Assembly (NCBI GenBank): GCA_947631565.1
Contig: CANRLV010000004.1
Location: 1,662 to 65,661, forward strand
Direction: 5' to 3'
Source of the DNA: an uncultured Gemmiger sp.
GTDB taxonomy: Bacteria > Bacillota > Clostridia > Oscillospirales > Ruminococcaceae
Length of the DNA: 64,000 nt
In this document: piece by piece, positions 30,482-39,958 of the stretch
Numbering within the stretch: position 1 is the stretch's first letter
Layout of the letters: each line of letters begins with the position of its first letter
Made by a program: the position numbers and the translations under genes
The notes under the pieces: generated by a model
The model's database searches: none
What the model saw: only the letters and a program-made list of their open reading frames with translations
What the model was told of the DNA's origin: nothing

Positions 30482-31960
30482 TTACGTCTCCTGTTCGGTG
30501 GGCTGTGCCGGGATTTCAGCGGCGGCTGGCACCGCGGGGGCGGCGCCGGGGCTGTGGACGGGCAGTGAGACGCTGACCGTGGTCCCCTGTCCGAGCGTGC
30601 TCTGGATGTCGATGCCGCCGCCCAGCTGGGTGACGATCTCCTGCACGACGGCCAGCCCGATGCCAGACCCGCGCACGGCGTTGCGGCCCTTGAAAAAGCG
30701 GTCACGCACATGGGCGAGGTCCTCGGGCGGGATGCCGCGGCCCTCGTCCTTCACGGCGACGGTGCACCATTTTTCGCTGCGGGAGAGCGTGAGCGTGATG
30801 GCGCCGCCGGGATCGGAATACTTGATGGCGTTGTCGAGGATGTTGACCAGCACCTGGCGCAGGCGGCCGGCGTCCGCCCAGACGGGGTAGGGCTCCGGCG
30901 GTTCCTCATAGCGCAGGGTCAGGCCCTCCTGCCCGGCGCGCGCCTCGACGAAGAGCACCGCGTCGGTGACCTCGGCCACAAGGTCCAGCGCCGTGCAGTT
31001 CATCCTGACGCCGCCGCTCTGCAGGCGGGAGAAATCCAGCAGCTCCTCCACCATCGTGTACAGACGGTCGGTCTCGGTGCGGATGACGTCCAGCCCGCGG
31101 CGGTAGCTCTCGTCGCCGGGGTCCAGCGTCGCGACCGTCTCGACCCAGCCCTTGATGGAGGTCAGCGGCGTGCGCAGCTCGTGGCTGACCGAGGAGATGA
31201 ACTCATTCTTGAGCTGCTCGGTGCGGGCGAGGTCGGCGGCCATCTGGTTGATGGTGGCGCACAGGCGGCCGATCTCGTCATTGTAGCGGGTATCGGGCAG
31301 GCGCGTCTGTAAGTCGCCGTGGGCGATGCGGGTGGCGGTGGCCTCGACCTGGCCGAGCGGCCGCACGATGGATCGGATGAAGAACACGCCGCTGGAGATG
31401 GACAGCAGCAGCGCCGCCGCGGCCAACCCCACCGAGAAGGTGACCATCTGCCGCCAGCGCCCATCCGCGAGCGTGAGCGAGGTGACCAGCCGCATGGCGG
31501 TGATGCTGCCGGCGGCGTAGGGCACCAGCGCGGTGACGGCCATCACCCGCTCGCCGCCCTCGGTGCGGAAGGTGTCGGTGCCGGTGCCGGAGGCGCTGTT
31601 GAGCGCGGCGGCCAGATCGTTGCCGGCGGCCAGGCTGCGGCTGCGGTTGCCGCTGCTGGTGGCCAGCACCACCCCGCCGGAGCCCAGCAGCATGAACTCG
31701 AACTTGTCCTTCTCGTCAAACTGCTCGACGGTGCGGCGCAGCGCCTGCGCGCGGGCGGCGGCGTTGTCGCTCTCGGAGCCGGCGGTGCCGGTGGCCTGCA
31801 GGCGGCCCTCGATGGTGGAAAAGCGGCTGAGCATGGCGCGCTCGACGCCGCCGTACAGGTTCTGGTAGCCGGTGTAGAGGAACACGCCCTCGGCGATGGC
31901 CAGCGCCAGCACCGTGACCAGCAGGCCGCCGCGCAGCCAGCGCTGGGTGATGCTCGTCAT
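30482..31960 (-). CDS. HAMP-domain sensor histidine kinase
   Basis: Two TM segments, HAMP, SHELRTPL, NILDNAIKY, DEGRGI and GSGIGL. Confidence 0.93.
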   Translation of the reverse strand: MTSITQRWLRGGLLVTVLALAIAEGVFLYTGYQNLYGGVERAMLSRFSTIEGRLQATGTAGSESDNAAARAQALRRTVEQFDEKDKFEFMLLGSGGVVLATSSGNRSRSLAAGNDLAAALNSASGTGTDTFRTEGGERVMAVTALVPYAAGSITAMRLVTSLTLADGRWRQMVTFSVGLAAAALLLSISSGVFFIRSIVRPLGQVEATATRIAHGDLQTRLPDTRYNDEIGRLCATINQMAADLARTEQLKNEFISSVSHELRTPLTSIKGWVETVATLDPGDESYRRGLDVIRTETDRLYTMVEELLDFSRLQSGGVRMNCTALDLVAEVTDAVLFVEARAGQEGLTLRYEEPPEPYPVWADAGRLRQVLVNILDNAIKYSDPGGAITLTLSRSEKWCTVAVKDEGRGIPPEDLAHVRDRFFKGRNAVRGSGIGLAVVQEIVTQLGGGIDIQSTLGQGTTVSVSLPVHSPGAAPAVPAAAEIPAQPTEQET

Positions 31961-31981
31961 CGCGTGTCCCCCCCTTTTTAG

Positions 31982-32003
31982 AGTGAAAAGTGAAAAGTGA
32001 AAA
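31982..32003. repeat. Short AGTGAAA heptamer tandem repeat
   Basis: AGTGAAA x3 between the response regulator and kinase genes. Confidence 0.6.
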
Positions 32004-32021
32004 AGTTAAGGGCAGACCTGT

Positions 32022-32720
32022 TTACGCATTCCATCTATAGCCGTAGCCCCATACGGTCAGGATGTGCTGCGGGTTGCTGGGCTCCTCCTCCACCTTCATG
32101 CGCAGGCGGCGGATGTTGACATCGACGATCTTGACGTCGCCGAAATAGCCCTTGCCCCAAACGCCCTCCAGGATCTGCTCGCGCACCAGCGCCGTGCCGG
32201 GGTTGCGGAAAAACAGCTCCATGATCTGGAACTCGACCTGGGTCAGGTCGATGGGGACGCCGGCCTTGTACAGCACGCGGCTCTTCTCGTCCAGCACGAA
32301 CGGCCCGCTGACCAGCTGGTCCGGCTCGGCGGCGGGGGCGTCGGGCCCCGCGCGGCGCACGCGGCGGGCCAATGCCTCGACGCGGGCCACCAGCTCAGAT
32401 ACCGAGAACGGCTTGGTGATATAATCGTCAGCACCGATGGACAGGCCCTTGATCTTGTCGGCCTCCTGCCCCTTGGCCGACACCATGATGATGCCGATGG
32501 CGGCGTTGGAACGGCGGATGGTCTCGCACAGCGAAAGCCCGTCCATGCCGGGCAGCATGATGTCCAGCAGGGCCGCCTGGCAGTCCTCGTTCTGGTTGAG
32601 CAGCTCCAGCGCGCGCTCGGCGGTGGGGGCTTCCAGCACCTCCCACCCGCTGCGGCGCAGGTTGAGCGCCACCATCTCGCGGATGCTCGTCTCGTCCTCA
32701 ACGACCAGGATGCGTTTCAT
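32022..32720 (-). CDS. OmpR-family response regulator
   Basis: ILVVEDE, LLDIMLP, DDYITKPF and TVWGYGY. Confidence 0.95.
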   Translation of the reverse strand: MKRILVVEDETSIREMVALNLRRSGWEVLEAPTAERALELLNQNEDCQAALLDIMLPGMDGLSLCETIRRSNAAIGIIMVSAKGQEADKIKGLSIGADDYITKPFSVSELVARVEALARRVRRAGPDAPAAEPDQLVSGPFVLDEKSRVLYKAGVPIDLTQVEFQIMELFFRNPGTALVREQILEGVWGKGYFGDVKIVDVNIRRLRMKVEEEPSNPQHILTVWGYGYRWNA

Positions 32721-32758
32721 GGGCAGTACCTCCTTGCGGTGCGGTTTGGGGGGGGCGG

Positions 32759-34066
32759 TCATTCCTGAAGCAGGTAGATGCGCTGCGGCAGCTCGTCCAG
32801 CGCCAGGCCGGGGTAGTCGGCGATGATGCGGGCCTGGATCTGCCGCCCGCCGATGGTGCCGACGCGGTGGTAGCGCTCGTCGGGCGCGGTGTCGGCGGGG
32901 TCGATGATGCGCAGCTCGCAGTAGGCGTTGCCGCGTTCGCCGCTGACCAGCCAGCCGTTGCCGGCGGCGTTGGGGCGCACGCGCACGCTGCCGCGCAGCG
33001 TGCGCGGCAAGGCGAAAAAGAAGCGGTCCTCACTGTTATAAAGTCCAAAGGTGGTCACGCCGCCGGCGGCGGTGGAGAAATCCTGCCAGAGCAGAAAGCG
33101 CAGGCTGCGGCTCAGCGATTCCGAGATGGTGCCGCCGTCGTCGAGCTCGGTGGGGATGTCGATGGTGCCGTTGCCGTCCAGGTCGCGCCCGGTCAGGACG
33201 GGGTCATAGCGCAGCGTGGCGGCGTAGACGTCGGTCAGGCCGTCCGGCAGATAGGTGTTGAGGAAGCCCGTCTCGTCGTTGTAGGCGACGAAGGCGGAAA
33301 ACAGGCTGTTGGCGGCCTGCCCGGACCAGCCGTCCACGACGAGATACGGCTCCCCGCCGCGGGTGCCGGCGTGCAGGGCGGAGCAGGCGGTGAACACGCC
33401 CTCGCCGATTTTTAACGTCTGGGCGTTGCGGAAGCCCTCCTCGGTGTTGGTGAGCAGCTGCAGGTTGATGCCGGCGTTCTCGCCCTCGCCGGGCAGGGCC
33501 AGCACAAGGTCCTGCGTGTCGCCGCTGCCGGTGATGTTGGTCAGCAGCATATCGGTATAGGCCTGGGTGAGCACGGTCTGCAAGGTGTCGCCGACATAGT
33601 CGTACACGGCCATGTAGCGGTCGCCCTGGGCGCTGCCGTAGCCGACCAGCACCTGCAGGGACTGTGCGTCGCGCAGGTGGGCGGTGGTCACGGTCTCGAC
33701 CTCGCCGGAAAGGCCCTCGACGGTCTGCGCCACGCGCCAGCTGTCATCGCCGTCGGCCTCCAGCACGGCCAGAAAGGCGTTGGCGGCGTCGGCCGTGGTG
33801 TAGAGCGCGGCGGCCTCCTGCGCGCCGTCGCCGTCCCAGTCGCCGAACAAAAACGGGGAGAGGAAATCGCCGCTGGCCGGGTACTTGAAGGTGACGGTGC
33901 CGCTGACGTGGGCCGCCAGCGCGCGCTGCACGGCGCCCGCCTGGCCGGACAGCTGCGGGGCGCGCAGCAGGCTCTCGGCGCTGGCGCCGAAGGTGCTGCC
34001 GGAGCAGCCCGCCAGCAGCCATACCACCGCCAGCATCGCCGGCAGAAGCCGGCCCCGTTTGGCCAT
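32759..34066 (-). CDS. Lipoprotein with DxDGDG (FG-GAP/VCBS-like) motifs, associated with the two-component system
   Basis: Lipobox LLAGC; GDWDGDG and DLDGNG motifs; first gene of the apparent lipoprotein-RR-HK unit. Confidence 0.7.
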   Translation of the reverse strand: MAKRGRLLPAMLAVVWLLAGCSGSTFGASAESLLRAPQLSGQAGAVQRALAAHVSGTVTFKYPASGDFLSPFLFGDWDGDGAQEAAALYTTADAANAFLAVLEADGDDSWRVAQTVEGLSGEVETVTTAHLRDAQSLQVLVGYGSAQGDRYMAVYDYVGDTLQTVLTQAYTDMLLTNITGSGDTQDLVLALPGEGENAGINLQLLTNTEEGFRNAQTLKIGEGVFTACSALHAGTRGGEPYLVVDGWSGQAANSLFSAFVAYNDETGFLNTYLPDGLTDVYAATLRYDPVLTGRDLDGNGTIDIPTELDDGGTISESLSRSLRFLLWQDFSTAAGGVTTFGLYNSEDRFFFALPRTLRGSVRVRPNAAGNGWLVSGERGNAYCELRIIDPADTAPDERYHRVGTIGGRQIQARIIADYPGLALDELPQRIYLLQE

Positions 34067-34199
34067 CGTCCGCGCCCCCTCTCGCCCGTTTGTCCATACG
34101 GAGTTAGTATAACACTTTTTGCCCCTGTCTGCAACGTTTTGGGCGCAAAAGCGGGGGGCGCGCCGGCCGACGGCCGGCGCGCCCCCATTCTCTGTGCTT

Positions 34200-34988
34200 T
34201 CAGGTCAATGCCGCGATGCTGACGAGCATCAGCAGGCAGCCGGCGGCAAAGCCGCCGCTGCCCGCCAAACGGTGGCCGGGGGCCAGCGCCTGCGGCAGCA
34301 GCGTGTCGGCCGAGACCCACAGCATGATGCCGGCCGCTGCCAGCATGGTGCCGTTCAAAAAGCCGGGCGTGAACAGCCCCCGCAGCAGCCAGTAGGCGAG
34401 CACCGCCCCCAGCGGCTCCGCCAGGCCGGAGCCCAGCGCCATGCCGACGGCGCGCAGGCGGCGGCGGTCGGCGTAATAAAAGGGCGCCGCCACGGCCAGC
34501 CCCTCGGGGATGTTGTGCAGCGCCACCGCCAACGCCGTGCGCAGGCCCAGGCGGGCGTCTGCCACGCCGGCGAACAGCGTGAGCACGCCCTCCGGCAGGT
34601 TGTGCGCGACGAGCGCCAGCGTGGTGGTGCAGGCCAGGCGCAGCGCCGCCGCGCGGGCGGCGCTGCCGCCCGCGGCATCCTTGGCAAAGCGGGCGGCCAG
34701 GTCCGCCTCCTCCGGCAGCAGGCGGCCGAGCAGCGCGGCGGTGACGCAGCCCAGCCCCAGCAGCGCCGCCGCGGCCAGACCGCTTGCCAGCGGCGCCAGA
34801 TAGGACCCGTAGAAGGCCAGACACTGCGGCGCGAGGTCGGCCAGACTGACCGTGAGCATGACCCCGGCGGCAAAACCGGCGCTGACGGCCAGCCCCCGCG
34901 CCGTGGGCCTGAACAGCACGGCGAGGACGCCGCCCAACGCGGTGGACAGACCGGCGAGGAGGGTGAGCGTGAACGGCGCGGCGGGCAT
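34200..34988 (-). CDS. zupT: ZIP-family zinc transporter
   Basis: AHNLPEG, LHNIPEG and GLAEPLG motifs. Confidence 0.85.
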   Translation of the reverse strand: MPAAPFTLTLLAGLSTALGGVLAVLFRPTARGLAVSAGFAAGVMLTVSLADLAPQCLAFYGSYLAPLASGLAAAALLGLGCVTAALLGRLLPEEADLAARFAKDAAGGSAARAAALRLACTTTLALVAHNLPEGVLTLFAGVADARLGLRTALAVALHNIPEGLAVAAPFYYADRRRLRAVGMALGSGLAEPLGAVLAYWLLRGLFTPGFLNGTMLAAAGIMLWVSADTLLPQALAPGHRLAGSGGFAAGCLLMLVSIAALT

Positions 34989-35048
34989 AGGCAGGCCTCC
35001 GTTGTTGATGGTATGGGCAAGCCTATGCGCCCGCGCCCGCCGGTATGC

Positions 35049-35081
35049 AAAAGCCGCCGCGCGATCCGCGCGGCGGCTTTT
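35049..35081. terminator. Terminator after deoC
   Basis: AAAAGCCGCCGCG...CGCGGCGGCTTTT. Confidence 0.7.
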
Positions 35082-35093
35082 GGGGTACAGGTG

Positions 35094-35750
35094 TTATTGC
35101 GCCAGCAGTCTGACGGCACGGGAGGTGCCCAGCCGGTCGGCGCCGAGGTCGAGGAATTTTTCCATGTCCTCGACGGTGGAGATGCCGCCGGCGGCCTTAA
35201 TCTTGCAGCGGCCCTTGACGCAGCGGGCAAACAGCTCGATGTCATGGAAAGTTGCCCCGGCGGTGGAGAAGCCGGTGCTGGTCTTGATGAAATCGGCACC
35301 CGCCTCGGGCACGATGTCGCACATCTTTTCCTTTTCTTCGTCGGTCAGCAGGCAGGTCTCGATGATGACCTTGAGGCACTTGTCCCCCACCGCCTTTTTG
35401 ACGGCGGCGATGTCGGCCTTCACATCGTCATAGCGGCCGTCCTTGAGCCAGCCGATGTTGATGACCATGTCGACCTCGGCGGCGCCGTTGGCGACGGCGG
35501 TGGCGGCCTCAAAGGCCTTGCTGGCCGTGTCCATCGCGCCAAGCGGGAAGCCGACCACGCAGCACACCGGCACGCGCCCGGCCATATACTCGACCGCCGG
35601 CTTGACCCAGCAGGTGTTGATGCACACCGAGGCGGTTTTGTTGGCGATGGCCTCGTCACAGAGCTTTTGGATCTCGCCCCAGGTCGCGTCGGCCTTGAGC
35701 AGCGTATGGTCGACGACGGCCAGCAGCTGTTCGCGGGTATACTTGCTCAC
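35094..35750 (-). CDS. deoC: Deoxyribose-phosphate aldolase
   Basis: DHTLLK, GFPLG, EVDMVIN, KTSTGF and KAAGGI. Confidence 0.95.
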   Translation of the reverse strand: MSKYTREQLLAVVDHTLLKADATWGEIQKLCDEAIANKTASVCINTCWVKPAVEYMAGRVPVCCVVGFPLGAMDTASKAFEAATAVANGAAEVDMVINIGWLKDGRYDDVKADIAAVKKAVGDKCLKVIIETCLLTDEEKEKMCDIVPEAGADFIKTSTGFSTAGATFHDIELFARCVKGRCKIKAAGGISTVEDMEKFLDLGADRLGTSRAVRLLAQ

Positions 35751-35905
35751 TTGAACGCCGCCCCCTTATCGCACTTTTTGCACAGATGGGACTGGTGCAT
35801 ACCGACGGCGGAGAAGACGATGGCCGTGACCCCCACCGAGGTGGCGATGATGCCCAGGATGAGCCCCACCAGGCGGAAGGCGGCGCCGCGCACTTTGTTT
35901 TTCAT
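35747..35905 (-). CDS. Small single-TM hypothetical protein (52 aa)
   Basis: AAGGAGG RBS; stop overlaps the deoC start; hydrophobic core followed by CKKC. Confidence 0.65.
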   Translation of the reverse strand: MKNKVRGAAFRLVGLILGIIATSVGVTAIVFSAVGMHQSHLCKKCDKGAAFK

Positions 35906-35924
35906 GGGAAAGACCTCCTTCGAT

Positions 35925-36368
35925 TCATGGTTTTTTGAAGATGAACAGTTTGCTGAACACATAGTTGGAGACGATGACCACGACCTGGCTGAACAGCTTG
36001 ACGCCGTTGAGCCACAGCGCCGGCGCCAGGAAGGTCACCTTTGGCCCCAGCACGCCCGCGCCCAGCCACATGATGAGCTGGTCCAGCACGGCCGTGAACA
36101 GCCTTGCGCCGATAAATTCCACAAATTCTTTGCGGGCGGCGGCGCCGCTGCTTTTGCTGCGGAAGACGAAGGTGCGGTTGGTCCAGTAGGCGAACAGGAT
36201 GCAGATGGCATTGTTGAGCACATTGCCCGCGCCGACCGCAAACCCGGTGCCGAACAGGGCGCTGAACACGTTGAGCAGCACAAAATTGAGCAGTGTCGCC
36301 AGCGCACCGAAAAACAGGTAGGAGAGCTGCTCGTAATATTTGCCCACCAGCGCCTTGAGCTTTTGCAT
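35925..36368 (-). CDS. GtrA-family lipid-linked sugar flippase
   Basis: YLFFGALAT, FAYWTNRTFVF and NYVFSKLFIF; four TM segments. Confidence 0.9.
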   Translation of the reverse strand: MQKLKALVGKYYEQLSYLFFGALATLLNFVLLNVFSALFGTGFAVGAGNVLNNAICILFAYWTNRTFVFRSKSSGAAARKEFVEFIGARLFTAVLDQLIMWLGAGVLGPKVTFLAPALWLNGVKLFSQVVVIVSNYVFSKLFIFKKP

Positions 36369-36450
36369 GGTCCTTCGTCCTGTTGAAAAATTTCTTGAAA
36401 AAACGGAGCCCGTCCGCGGGGGCAGGCTCCGTTCTGGCTTTTTTACGGCC

Positions 36451-38547
36451 TTATTCCTCGGTCTTGGGCGCCTCGGCCTTCGCCTCTTCGGCGGGGGCGG
36501 CGGCCTCCGCCTTCCCGGCCTTGGCCTCGGCCACGGTCTCCCGGATGACCTTGGCGGCCTCGGCGGCGGTATCGCCCACCACCTCGGCGACGGTGCCGGC
36601 GGTCTCGGAAACGGTCTCGGCGATGCTGCCGAGATCCTCGGCCACCTCGTCAAGGCAGGCCTTCATCGACAGGCTGATGCGCTTGCGGTCGAAGTCGACG
36701 CCCAGCAGCTTGGCCCGGACCTCGTCGCCGACCTTGAGCACGTCGCTGACCTTGTTGACGCGGTCACGGCTGATCTCGCTGATGTGGACGAGCCCGTCCA
36801 CACCGGGCAGGATGCGCAGGAAAGCGCCGAACTTGGTGATGGACACGACCGGGGCCGTGAACTCGGTACCGACCGGGATCTCGTTCTTGAGCTTCTCCCA
36901 GGGGTTGTCCTCGTCCTTCTTGTAGCCCAGCGAGACCTTCTGCTTCTCGGGGTCGTAGCTCTTGACATAGACGTCGATGGTGTCGCCGACGTTGACGACC
37001 TCGGACGGGTGCTTGATGTTGGACCAGGACAGCTCGCTGATGTGGCACAGCCCGTCCACGCCGCCGATGTCCACAAAGGCGCCGTAGCTGGTCAGGCTCT
37101 TGACCACGCCCTGATAGTGCTTGTCGACCTCGACGGTCTTCCAGAACTCCTCGCGCTTGGCCTTGTTCTCCTCGGCCGTGACCTTGTTGATGCTGCCCAC
37201 GATCTTGCGGCCGCTGCACTCGGTGATGACCAGGCGCACATGGCTGCCGACCAGCTTGGTGTAGTCCTCATCGCGGCGCATGGTGGCCTGGCTGCGCGGC
37301 ACGAAGACGCGCACGCCCTTGACGTTGACGACGACGCCGCCCTTGTTGGCCTCGGTGACGTCGCCCTCCATGACGGTGCCGTTCTCGAAGGCCTCGACCA
37401 CGTCCTTCATGCCCTTCTGCTCCTCAAAGCGGACGCGGGACAGGGTGTCCATGCCCTCCTGGTCGTTGGTCTTGACGACGACCAGGTCCAGCTCGTCGCC
37501 GACCTTGACCAGATCCTCCATCTTCGCGTTGGGGTCGCGGGTCATATCCGACAAACGGACGACACCGGTGTGCTTGGAGCCCTCGATGCTGACGTTGCAC
37601 TCCGCCGGAGTGACGCTGACCACCTGTGCCTTGACGATCTTGCCCACATACAGGGGCTTCGCCTCGGACGCGTCCAGCATCTCCTCAAAACTCATGTCGT
37701 CACGGATTTCTTCGCTCATAGTGTTAAGTACCTCCTCGATTACGGGCCAGGGCGTGGATGCACCCGCCGTCACCCCGACCGCCGCTGCGCCGGCCAGCCA
37801 GGAACGGTCCAGGTCCCTCACCGTTTCAACGGCCATGGCTTTTGTGTGCGCGGCAGCGACCCGGAGCAGCTTTTGGGTGTTGGAGGAGTGGCGGCCCCCG
37901 ATGATGACCATACGGTCACACCGGCGGCTCAGCTCCTCGGCCTCCTGCTGCCTGGTCCACGTTGCATTACATATTGTATCAAAAATTTTTGGATTTGTAC
38001 ACCATTTTTTTAAAGATTCTTTGCACTTTTCCCAATTTTCCACGCTCAAAGTCGTCTGTGCCACGGCATAAACCAGGGGGGCGGCGCGCAAAACCGGCTC
38101 CAGCGCCGCCAACTGTTTTTCGTCGGCGAACACCTCGACCGGGCCGGTGGCGTGGCCCACGATCCCCTCTACTTCGGGGTGGGTGCGGTCCCCGGCCACC
38201 AGCAGTAGTGCCCCGGCCCGGCCCGCCTCGGCCGCGATCGCATGGATCTTGCCAACGAAGGGGCAGGTCGCATCGTGATACACAAGGCCCCGTGTGCTGA
38301 TTTTTTCATAAACGCTGCGCGGCACGCCGTGGCTGCGGATGACGACCTCGTACCCGGGGGGAACATCCTCGACGCGCGCACAGGTCAGCGCGCCGCGGCG
38401 CTCCAGGTCCGCCACCGCCTGCGGGTTGTGGATGAGGGGGCCGAGCGTGGCCACCCTGCGCCCCTCGTCCAGCAGGCGGTAGGTGAGCTTGACGGCGCGG
38501 TCCACCCCGAAGCAGAAGCCGGCGGTCTTGGCGAGCAGTATCTCCAT
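36451..38547 (-). CDS. ispH: Bifunctional IspH / ribosomal protein S1
   Basis: AGFCFGV, DATCP, HPEV, TICNAT, SSNT and AGASTP, followed by four S1 repeats. Confidence 0.93.
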   Translation of the reverse strand: MEILLAKTAGFCFGVDRAVKLTYRLLDEGRRVATLGPLIHNPQAVADLERRGALTCARVEDVPPGYEVVIRSHGVPRSVYEKISTRGLVYHDATCPFVGKIHAIAAEAGRAGALLLVAGDRTHPEVEGIVGHATGPVEVFADEKQLAALEPVLRAAPLVYAVAQTTLSVENWEKCKESLKKWCTNPKIFDTICNATWTRQQEAEELSRRCDRMVIIGGRHSSNTQKLLRVAAAHTKAMAVETVRDLDRSWLAGAAAVGVTAGASTPWPVIEEVLNTMSEEIRDDMSFEEMLDASEAKPLYVGKIVKAQVVSVTPAECNVSIEGSKHTGVVRLSDMTRDPNAKMEDLVKVGDELDLVVVKTNDQEGMDTLSRVRFEEQKGMKDVVEAFENGTVMEGDVTEANKGGVVVNVKGVRVFVPRSQATMRRDEDYTKLVGSHVRLVITECSGRKIVGSINKVTAEENKAKREEFWKTVEVDKHYQGVVKSLTSYGAFVDIGGVDGLCHISELSWSNIKHPSEVVNVGDTIDVYVKSYDPEKQKVSLGYKKDEDNPWEKLKNEIPVGTEFTAPVVSITKFGAFLRILPGVDGLVHISEISRDRVNKVSDVLKVGDEVRAKLLGVDFDRKRISLSMKACLDEVAEDLGSIAETVSETAGTVAEVVGDTAAEAAKVIRETVAEAKAGKAEAAAPAEEAKAEAPKTEE

Positions 38548-38553
38548 AGGTCC

Positions 38554-39213
38554 TCAGGCGCCTTTCGTTAAGTCCGGCATATCGTCGAATTTGTTTTCCT
38601 CCAGCAGTGCCTCCAGCGCGTCGGCGAGGCGGCGCTTCATGCCGCGCAGGGCGGCCACCTTGTGCGTGGGGTCGGTGATGGCAAACTCGGCGGCCGGGAT
38701 GGGCTCGCCGAAGCAGACGCGCACGCGGTGGAACATATGCAGGCGGCCGTCCTTGGTGTGGTAGATAAGGCGGCAGGGCAGCATATCCGCCCCGGCCTGC
38801 CCGGCGATGAGGAACGCCCCGCCCTTGAGTGGGCCCAGCCGGCCGGTTTTGGTGCGCGTGCCCTCGGGGAAGATCAGCAGGCCCTTGCCCTGCCGGCACT
38901 GCTCGGTCACCTTGTCGAGCGTCCCGGTATCGCCCTTGCCGCGGTCGATGGCCACCGCCCCCATGCAGCGCAGAAACCAGCCGAACAGCGGGTTTTTGAA
39001 CAGCTCCTGCTTGGCGATGACGACGAGCCGCCGCCAGTCCATGACGATGATGGCGATGAGCACGGGGTCGATCATCGAGATGTGGTTGGGCGCGATGACG
39101 TAGGGCCGCCCGTCCCGCACGGCCCTGAGGTTCTCTCTGCCGATGACCTCGAACCGCCAGATGCAGTGGGCCAGCACCCAGACCACGACCAAGACCAGCC
39201 AATACAGTACCAT
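38554..39213 (-). CDS. plsC: 1-acyl-sn-glycerol-3-phosphate acyltransferase
   Basis: NHISMID and IFPEGTR motifs. Confidence 0.9.
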   Translation of the reverse strand: MVLYWLVLVVVWVLAHCIWRFEVIGRENLRAVRDGRPYVIAPNHISMIDPVLIAIIVMDWRRLVVIAKQELFKNPLFGWFLRCMGAVAIDRGKGDTGTLDKVTEQCRQGKGLLIFPEGTRTKTGRLGPLKGGAFLIAGQAGADMLPCRLIYHTKDGRLHMFHRVRVCFGEPIPAAEFAITDPTHKVAALRGMKRRLADALEALLEENKFDDMPDLTKGA

Positions 39214-39247
39214 CGTTGCACCATCCTGTTTCGTTTTCTCTTCCGCT

Positions 39248-39919
39248 TTATGCGCGTTCCTGCGCTTTTACCACCAATGCCCTGAGGGCGGCGAAGCTCG
39301 CCTCGATGTCCATCTCGCTGGTGTCGACGAGGACCGCATCCTCCGCCCGGCGCAGGGGGGCGATGGCGCGGTGGCTGTCCTGCCAGTCACGCGCCTCGAT
39401 GTCGGCGAGCACGGTGGCAAAGTCGGCCGGCTGGCCCTTTTCCGCCAATTCCTTCTGCCGGCGTTCGGCGCGCGCCGCGGGGCTGGCGGTCAGGTAAATC
39501 TTCAGCGTCGCATCGGGCAGCACGACGGTGCCGATGTCGCGCCCGTCCATCAGCACATCGCGGCTGCGGGCCAGCGCGCGCTGCGTTTCCAGCAGGAACG
39601 CCCGCACCGGGGCAAGGGTGCCCACGGCGCTGGCCGCCATGCCGGCCTCCTCGGTGCGGATGGCGGTGCTCACGTCCTCGCCGTTCAAAAAAACGTGCTG
39701 GGTGCCGTCCATGATTTGGATGTCCAGCGTGATGTCGGGCAGCAGGGCGGCGACGGCGGCCTCGTCGCGCGGGTCGGCGCCGCGGCGCAGCGCGTACAGG
39801 CCGATGGCGCGGTACATGGCGCCGGTGTCGACGTAGGTAAAGCCGAGCTCGGCGGCCAGGCGCCGGGCCATGCTGGATTTTCCGGCCCCGGAGGGACCGT
39901 CGATGGCGACAGAGATCAT
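39248..39919 (-). CDS. cmk: Cytidylate kinase
   Basis: IDGPSGAGKS, DTGAMYR and DGRDIGT. Confidence 0.96.
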   Translation of the reverse strand: MISVAIDGPSGAGKSSMARRLAAELGFTYVDTGAMYRAIGLYALRRGADPRDEAAVAALLPDITLDIQIMDGTQHVFLNGEDVSTAIRTEEAGMAASAVGTLAPVRAFLLETQRALARSRDVLMDGRDIGTVVLPDATLKIYLTASPAARAERRQKELAEKGQPADFATVLADIEARDWQDSHRAIAPLRRAEDAVLVDTSEMDIEASFAALRALVVKAQERA

Positions 39920-39958
39920 GCGTTTGCTCCTTTTGCGGTCGCTTTTTTAGAGATTTTG

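Noticed and set aside
36451-38547. IspH-S1 fusion as a novelty
   Set aside because: Already known to be widespread in Clostridia.
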